DNA of 52,823 nt, the filler included, from Sphacelaria rigidula (lineage: Eukaryota), in the NCBI GenBank assembly GCA_964200075.2. It is 4 parts of 4 records of this genome, joined end to end, with 100 filler letters (N's around TTAATTAATTAA, not from the genome) between each part and the next. Parts side by side here need not be neighbours in the genome. Positions count along the whole stretch, not along the records: positions 39,694 to 52,823 come from CAXNAA020003131.1; 3 more parts are not named here. One strand, written 5' to 3'. A program made the translations under genes and the position numbers. Below the pieces are notes generated by a model that saw only the letters and a program-made list of their open reading frames with translations, was not told the origin of the DNA and ran no database searches. Positions 45,818 to 52,823 of this stretch are shown here, piece by piece. The first letter of the stretch is position 1. The number at the start of each line of letters is the position of its first letter.

Positions 45818-48432
45818 CTACCCTCCGTGGGTACTGCTCCACGGGGCGGATGGTATTCGGTTTGTGAAGAATGGCATGAGTTGGGACGTGCTGTACAGAG
45901 CATGGGAGATTTTTGAGGGCGCAGCGACGGTCGTCTAACCTTGAGTTGCGAGTGGTTGATCCTGCTGCCTCGCGCGCTAAAGCGTGATGATGAAATGGCG
46001 TGCACGGGTTGTTGGGAATTCCCAGGACTCATGCGGTGATTTTGATGTTTGACTGATGTCTTCGAGAATTTGTAGCATAGCACCCAATCTAGAATTTATT
46101 CGGTTACCGTCAGGAGCGGCAAGGTAAATGTGCACATTAAGTGCTGTCTGATCCGTCTTTTGTTTTCACGTTGTTTTGTTGTTCTCTTTCGCCTTGGTTT
46201 GGTTTGGTTTGGTTCGGTTCACGAAAAATGGCAGAGCAGGAGATTTGGCTCACGTCGTCAATGGCCGATTGCACCCTCGCCGAGCGGAATCACGCGTCAT
46301 TGATGACCATAAGTGATGGTTTGGCGGATGTGGGAACCAAAAGAAGAGATGCGTCCTGACCGCCTCCAAATGGTATCTATCCGTTCTCACACCGTGTACG
46401 TCCCATTTTCTACTCTTATCTGAGTGACGTGTCATCCCCCGAAGTGAACGACTCTCACGTCACTGCGTCTTGGGTTTACTTGGATTATATATTGCTCTGT
46501 ACGACATATGCGAACCTTTGTCCTTTTCCAGTGCTTTGGTTCCGAGGATGGCGCGTTGCTGGCAAAGCGCGTTTGGTCGATTTGACGCGGTTATTGTACT
46601 GTACTAGTCATGTGTTGTTGAATCATTGCTCTCCTTTTTTGTTTTTGCTTGCTTGTGTGATTGGCTTCCAATACTGTTAACAGTTTTTTATTGTGCAGAT
46701 GGAGGATAAGGACGAAATGTTATTTTTCCTTGACGATCTTTTTTCTTGTTTTTTTACCCCACGTCTCCTTACAGGTTCTCCGTTGTAAGGTGTATTCGTT
46801 TGGGATTAAGGGGACGGTGACGGGAGTACGGTGTATCGAACAAAGGACGTACGTGATCCATATCGAGTTTAAAATTTGTCATCGTCAGTTATTGGTGATT
46901 GCTTCTCCAAATTATCTTTTATCTGGTTGCTGCTGCTGCTGCTGCATGTGTGAAGAGGGGGCTGTTGTTATTTTTCTTCTGTGTGTGCGTACTGTACGGA
47001 AATTGAAAGGTCACTTGAAGTATTGTTTACCAGGCGCCCTTTTTGCGCATGCAAGTGTTTTCTTTTTGTTTTTTTACCGGAAAAACAATGGATGAGGTCA
47101 GCACCGTGCATACATGCATTCAATTATGAGAGTGTGTTTGCCCGCAGTTGGAGCTTTGGCAAGTACTTCCGATCGTGCGCAGGAGGTCCAAACAAGAACG
47201 AGCTGAGCATGATGTGGCGTCGCCGACTACTGCCGTCTACTCGACCGCCTTTTTTTCCCGTGTGTTTGCCAGCACTGTACTCGCGTTGTTTTTCTGGTTA
47301 TTTCACGCCGTTGAGGGGGGGGGGTGTACTCGTGGTTTGTGAAGGGGGGGGGTTGGGGGAGGGGGGGGGTGCCACGCCACCTGGTTTCGACATGTAGCTT
47401 TCTTCCATCGCGTGCGCTTTACTTTTTTTTTATGTGTGATGCCGTGTCTGATTTCGTGCCCCGTCTATTGTAAAAAGTGGCACTAGCGCTGGCAGTGGTG
47501 GTGGTCGTATTTTTGAGTTTTCTCCGGCACAGTTGTTTCTTGATTCCCTCCAATTACTGTAGTTAGCATGGGACCTGTGAAAGAAGATACAGATTTGAGT
47601 TATGACCGGCGGCGAATGTACTCTATACATGAACGTGGGATGAGGAAGGGTGGTGACGCATATGGTTGCTTTCATGTCATTTCTAGAAACGTACGAATAT
47701 AAGACGTATCGCACACTTGTAAAAGGTAGAAAGAAGTCTGGGTTGCGTTCCTCTGTCTTTAATTTTTTCCTTCTCGAGAACCACGCACAGTCCAGCGGAT
47801 GGGTTTATTTGCAGTTGCGCCGAGCCAGACGCTGAACTTTTTTTTTTTTTCGTAATGAATATGGTGTGATTCGTGGTGGTATGTCCTGTACGATACCTTC
47901 GTGTATATTCTGTTTTTCAACATGTATCCTGTATGTCTATGGGTGGTGATTGATTACATGCTGCACCATACTGCAACGTCGTTGTCGGCCGTCGTGTTGG
48001 ACCTGCAGAAACGCGGAAAAGACCGTCAACAAACGCTTGCGTGGAGTAGTAGAGGTAATGGATGGTAGTAGTAGCAGTACAAGTCCACGACAAGTCCAAT
48101 ACTAACGGGTAGTTGCAGTAGTAGTGGTAGCAAGGACGTCATGGTAGGCTCCATCACAGAAGGAGGGCATATTTGAGTCGTGTTTGTACGTTTGTACAAC
48201 GAGAAGATATGTCGGCAGAAGACGAGGACGAAGAGAGCTAGCTAGCTATCCAGTTAGTAGCCACGGTATATCTCTTCCCCCCCCCTCCCCCTGCTATATT
48301 GACGAAGATGTAGAGCAAAGGTGGCGAGGGAAGAGCAGTAACACGGTGTAGAGTAGTCCAGCGTTGAAGCATTGGATACGTGCCCAGGTGGGCACTGTTG
48401 TTCTCTATGATGGAGGAAACGGTTGATTAGTG

Positions 48433-48506
48433 GGAGAGGGGGGGGGACTCATTTGTTTCTTACCTTGATCGTTTGGCCATTGACCATGCATCCTTTTCGA
48501 GACAGC
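48433..48506 (-). mobile_element. ~65-bp extreme 3' end of the LINE, embedded in G/C tracts
   Basis: Minus strand reads GTCTCGAAAAGGATGCATGGTCAATGG...AACAAATGAGT followed by C9, matching 2038-2107. A G-rich tract lies on the other side (48508-48528). Confidence 0.75.
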
Positions 48507-48700
48507 AGGGGAGGGGGGAGAGGCGGGGAACAATACCGAGTAGCCAGAAAGCAACTCCCCACCCCCCAAAACATGAAATAGTATGCTCTTGAATCACCTC
48601 GTGACCCCTGCTTTTTTCACTTATGACGAGCTGGTGGTGATGGCTAACGAAAATATCAACTTATTTCAGGGAGAGGTAAGTCGAGCAAATATCATCAGCG

Positions 48701-49137
48701 CATGAAACACCGGATCTTACAAATTGGGGATGAGAAATCCGGAGGATAAAAATCTTCGTATTCGCACCAAGTCTTCGAAATATGGTTCCATATCTTCACC
48801 TACTGATAGCTATTGACAACTGCTACACGCCAAAGGAATTTGGATTTCGATCACCGAAATGTTGGGGTCCTAGGTAAAGAAAAACCGTTTTGGAACGATT
48901 TTGGCGTCCGCTCGGACACCCGGAATTCCACAAAACTGTTTTCACACCTAGAACCCCAACATTTCGGTGATCGAAATCCAAATTCCCATGGCGCGTAGCA
49001 GTTGTCAAGAGCCACTAGTAGGTGAAGAAGTGGAACCATATTTCGAATATTTGGTGCGGATACGAAGATTTTAATTCCTCCGTGTTTCTCATCCCCAATA
49101 AATGATCCATCCCCAACTTGTAAGATCCCGTGTTATG
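48701..49137. repeat. ~440-bp hairpin (long inverted repeat; MITE-like)
   Basis: Arms of about 190 bp, e.g. GGAATTTGGATTTCGATCACCGAAATGTTGGGGT vs ACCCCAACATTTCGGTGATCGAAATCCAAATTCC. Mirror-image ORFs 48813+ and 49008- confirm the symmetry. Confidence 0.9.
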
Positions 49138-49272
49138 ACGCGGTGTCGGAGCACTGATCCAATCCTACATGATGGAATAAAATGTGAGGCGTGTTCCGGG
49201 GGAAAGTCGAGATTCCTTGATACCATGGACTCGTGCAGAGGAAAGGAAGGGGCTGAAAGTGTGACGAAAAAA
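49136..49272 (+). mobile_element. 3' part of a family-2 SINE
   Basis: Matches 29382-29522 (GACGCGGTG...GATCCAATCCT...GATTCCTTGA.ACCA.GGACTCGT...GAAGGGG). Confidence 0.7.
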
Positions 49273-52200
49273 ATTTCCAGGACGGACGTCGTCGCATGAA
49301 TGGCAAAATATATTCAACGTGCCAAGTCGATAGGTGAGTAGATAATATCACGGTGATGCAAGTGCAGAGAGGGAACTTGCTCACCAGCGGCGGCTGTACA
49401 TAGTTGATGAGGTAGGTCTGATTAAATTAATTGATTGGTTGAGCGATTGATTGACTGTCGCACTTCAAGTTAGCCCCCAGGGGTCCAGCCGTGGACACAT
49501 GACGGACGTACCCGAGACAACAAGAACAAAACTGACTGGAACACTCTGAAAAAGAGAACTCTGAGTACGACGAAAATGTAAACTCGAAAGGAAATATGAT
49601 CGTATATTGAGTTTCCGGCCGAAAACATTGTGGTTCGTTCACCACTTTGTACTCTGATGAGTTTTTTTGTTCTTGAAGGGCCAGTGACTAGGGAAATATA
49701 TACACAACATTGCTGATTCTGGTCATCACAACATGCTTATACTCTTTTCAATTCATTGGTGTGGCATTTATTGACAAGAAAAAGCGATGGACCTGTAGTG
49801 AGTATTGTATTTGCTCGCATGTATTGATTCTCGACGACCACCATCATCATAAATCCTGGAGGGTCCGAAAAGGATTCTTTGAGGTCCTCAAGGCTGAAAA
49901 GGCTTCTACTCAGTGTTGTTCCTTTTCAGCGTTATGGAGGCATTGTACTGAAATTATAATCCATCATCCGCGGCGTCAATTGAAGACGGTCATACTATAA
50001 GGCCTAAAATGTGCTGAGACTAAAGAGGGCCGACGTCCTTGGAAGAGAGATCTCCACACCAGCACGGATACCTGGCGCTACAGGCCAGCTTTCGCGCGTT
50101 TGACAGCCGGATGGGAAATGATGCCTATCACTACGAATGCAGAAAGCATTTATTGCATGATATTATGTATTCGCGCAATTGTAAGTTGACACTGTGTGTT
50201 CCCAGTGCCAGTACAACGAGTACTGTAGAACTGACGGTACGATGCGAGCCACGGCTCGACAGGGCTAGAATACCCGCGATCCATTCGTGCAAAAAGAACA
50301 AATTGCTACTCGCGCTCTGTTCTACTATGGAACCAAGTGAAAACTCTGCACAAGGGTGATCACGCGCCTGCCAGAGAAAGGTGAATATCTTCACGTGGGT
50401 GCACACTACGGAAGAATATCTGACTGATTTTGATGGAAGAAAATTACAGCAACTGCCCCTGTCATTTTCAGACCGTCGTGGTAACGCCCAAGCTAGGTCT
50501 GGCACTATGAGGGAGATGTTGCCCCCTGCCAGAGCAGGTCCGCAATGGCCCTTGACAGAAGACACTCATCTCCTTGGCTGCGTTGTGGGGCCGCGTCTTG
50601 CTCGGCACGGCGTATAAAACTCAGGGGTATCTGCCTCTAACATATATATGGAGAACCTAAACTAGCGGTTTTTTCCGGCCTTGGTGCCAGCCTCGACCAA
50701 AACAGGGGGGCAATGTAAACAACAAGGGTGGCAAGATCTACTCCTGTCTCCGCGCAGATTTCATACCGTTATTCTCTAGAACTGTCATCAGAAAGAAGTG
50801 TTCTTGTTTTCGAAATCACGGCAGCATCGTGCATAATCATCCTCTCAAGCCACGCAGCGCACAAAACGCCCTGGTTCACCGAAATTGCTGCGTCAACACC
50901 TACCTGCGGCTTCAGTCCACACATACGTGAAGTTTCAGTATCATCAGACGCCTGGTGTACTGTGTTGGGGCGCCTAATCTCCAAAAATACCGCCTCCGTA
51001 ATATTGAAAAGGAACAACACTGTACTGATCCGAAACTCGAAAAGTGTCGTATCCGTCCGGACACTATTACGAAACTCCAAACCGCGCACTTTTTTTTCCC
51101 GAACTGATTCGAAGCCGCTCTGCGCGAAAAAACCACCCCATCGCTCTTCTATCAATCAACACGCCCTCAACAAGTTTCAGCTTCATTGGTGTTCATGGCG
51201 TTGTGTTTCGCTTCTGTCTGGGCGCACTCGAGAACACTCCCAGTTCGCGACCCCTTTTAAGCAGAACGAGTCTTAATCGAACTTCTCAGACTTCACTGTC
51301 GCAACTTCAATCGAGGCACTTTTGGAGGTTGAAGGCATCACACGTGGCAACCGGCTCTACGAATCCCTTTAAACACCCTCAAGAAGGTTCAGCTTCATTT
51401 CCGCTTTCTTCGTTGTCTTCGCTTGTGCGTGCCGACGCCGTCCGTGGCTGAGGTGGAGGGGGTGTTGAAGTACGGGATCGACTTCTCGGTTCATTAACTC
51501 GTGAAGCTTTGCATAGGGGTAGATGAGAGAGCAACCGCGAACCGGCCAGGAAATCGATGCAAACATATATTAAGGTGAGTCCACCCGTTAGACGGTCTAG
51601 AACTATACAGACATTGCCGACAACACCGCTGCCAAATGCTAGCTTTTTCGTGGGCAGAGTATGTTTACTTGTATCGTTGTAAGGTACAGGGACCTACTGT
51701 GTTCGCGAGTACAACCTGTATTTGCAACATTGTACAACTGAACTGTCAGTGCTTGCAGAGCTGCGCTTCGCACGGTGCTTCGCACGGGGTTTGACAAGCG
51801 GGTAAGAAGTGTTGACGCGGTACCCTGGTGCGATGGTAATATTTTATGCTGCCCTGCGCTACTGCCTGTGTGCATCATAACATACGGTACTGTTGTACTA
51901 TCTTACCCTCTGCTGTCGCTGTACTTGAAGGGCAATGGATGGCACTGCACTCGTGAACTCTTGTCGCACACTGTGCACTGTTCTCGTAATACCGACTGTA
52001 TCGTCATGTATTACCACACAACAATACCGTTTACTGTGATTGTGGAGTGTACGGCACTGCATTAGACCCTAGGGTACCACGGTACGACGCTGCTCGCGAA
52101 AGATGATTCACTGCCTGCCTGTTGTTCGGCTTCACTGTGACATCACATCCTCCCTGGAGAAAATGATCCTTCGTGTATAGAACAATTTCAACAAATCTGT

Positions 52201-52504
52201 GAAAGCATGACACATACAGGCGTACACAAAAATCTGAGTTTCGTGAATCTGAGTCCCCCCGATTTGGCACAGATAGGGGTCCCGCCAGATTCGGGATTGG
52301 CTGCCATACAAGTTGGTTTAACGCCTCAGGTTTGAAAAAAGTGGGCTCCCGAAAAAAAACGACGGGGGATCGGTCATAATAGAATATGTGGGTGGATTCC
52401 TATTTCCCCCCATATGAGTGACTATACTTTTTTCGCACAGAGGAAGGCTAACACTTTTTTCGCACAGAGGAAGGCTCACACGGGAGATTTTTAAAATTTC
52501 ACTT

Positions 52505-52753
52505 TGAGCACTCCACCTTCCTTCTGCGGTGCTTGCCTTTCTTTTTTCCGAGAGAATGGTTAAGCGGTCTCTCCCCTCGTCGACCGTGAAGTCGAACTTT
52601 GTGTACGCGCGACACAGTCGCTCTCCACTCTAGCCGGTCGCCCCCGGTGGCTCAGTTTGTAACCTCGACACCTCCTGACGGTTTGGTCATGGGTTCGAAT
52701 CTCAGAAGGATCTATCTGCGATTTTCTCTCATGCCCAACAGTGGAGAGCGACT
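52505..52753. mobile_element. Rearranged family-1 SINE (inverted body fused to a forward tRNA-like head)
   Basis: 52505-52630 is the reverse complement of SINE body 44696-44820, and 52633-52753 is a forward head. AGTCGCTCTCCACT / AGTGGAGAGCGACT flank the head. Confidence 0.7.
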
Positions 52754-52823
52754 ATAACAACAAATTGTGAGAATTGAGGTTTAACTTCGAGATGAGGCTC
52801 AAGCCTAAAACAGTGCTTTCCCC

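Noticed and set aside
50728-51451. ORFs of 128-182 aa as genes
   Set aside because: No recognisable domain, no consistent splice structure, and overlapping ORFs on both strands.

Overview
This is eukaryotic, intron- and repeat-rich DNA, most likely from a brown alga (Phaeophyceae). That assignment is inferred from gene structure, CA-rich splice acceptors and the repeat families. The window is not one locus. It is four unrelated, size-sorted contigs (1-13131, 13232-26362, 26463-39593, 39694-52823; 13131/13131/13131/13130 bp) joined by artificial 100-bp N+TTAATTAATTAA+N linkers. Contig 1 holds a three-exon minus-strand gene with an IQCE-like coiled coil, head-to-head with the first two exons of a DNAI4/WDR78-like dynein intermediate chain, plus a decayed LINE. 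Contig 2 holds internal exons of a PTEN/tensin-type C2 domain gene among hAT-like and Tc1/mariner-like MITEs. Contig 3 holds the last two exons of a PiT/PHO4 phosphate transporter and a decayed Ty3/Gypsy element whose integrase is split by a CACAC-ended DNA element. Contig 4 holds a PPC/DUF296 gene, tRNA-derived SINEs, ~100-bp piggyBac-like MITEs and a ~440-bp hairpin. The most unusual signals are (i) a LINE group whose 3' ends abut poly(C) rather than poly(A) and which appears to insert into C-tracts, and (ii) an intronic array of ~255-bp units fused end-to-end in both orientations at the palindrome AGTCAGCGCTGACT. All protein identities come from remembered motifs, not database searches.
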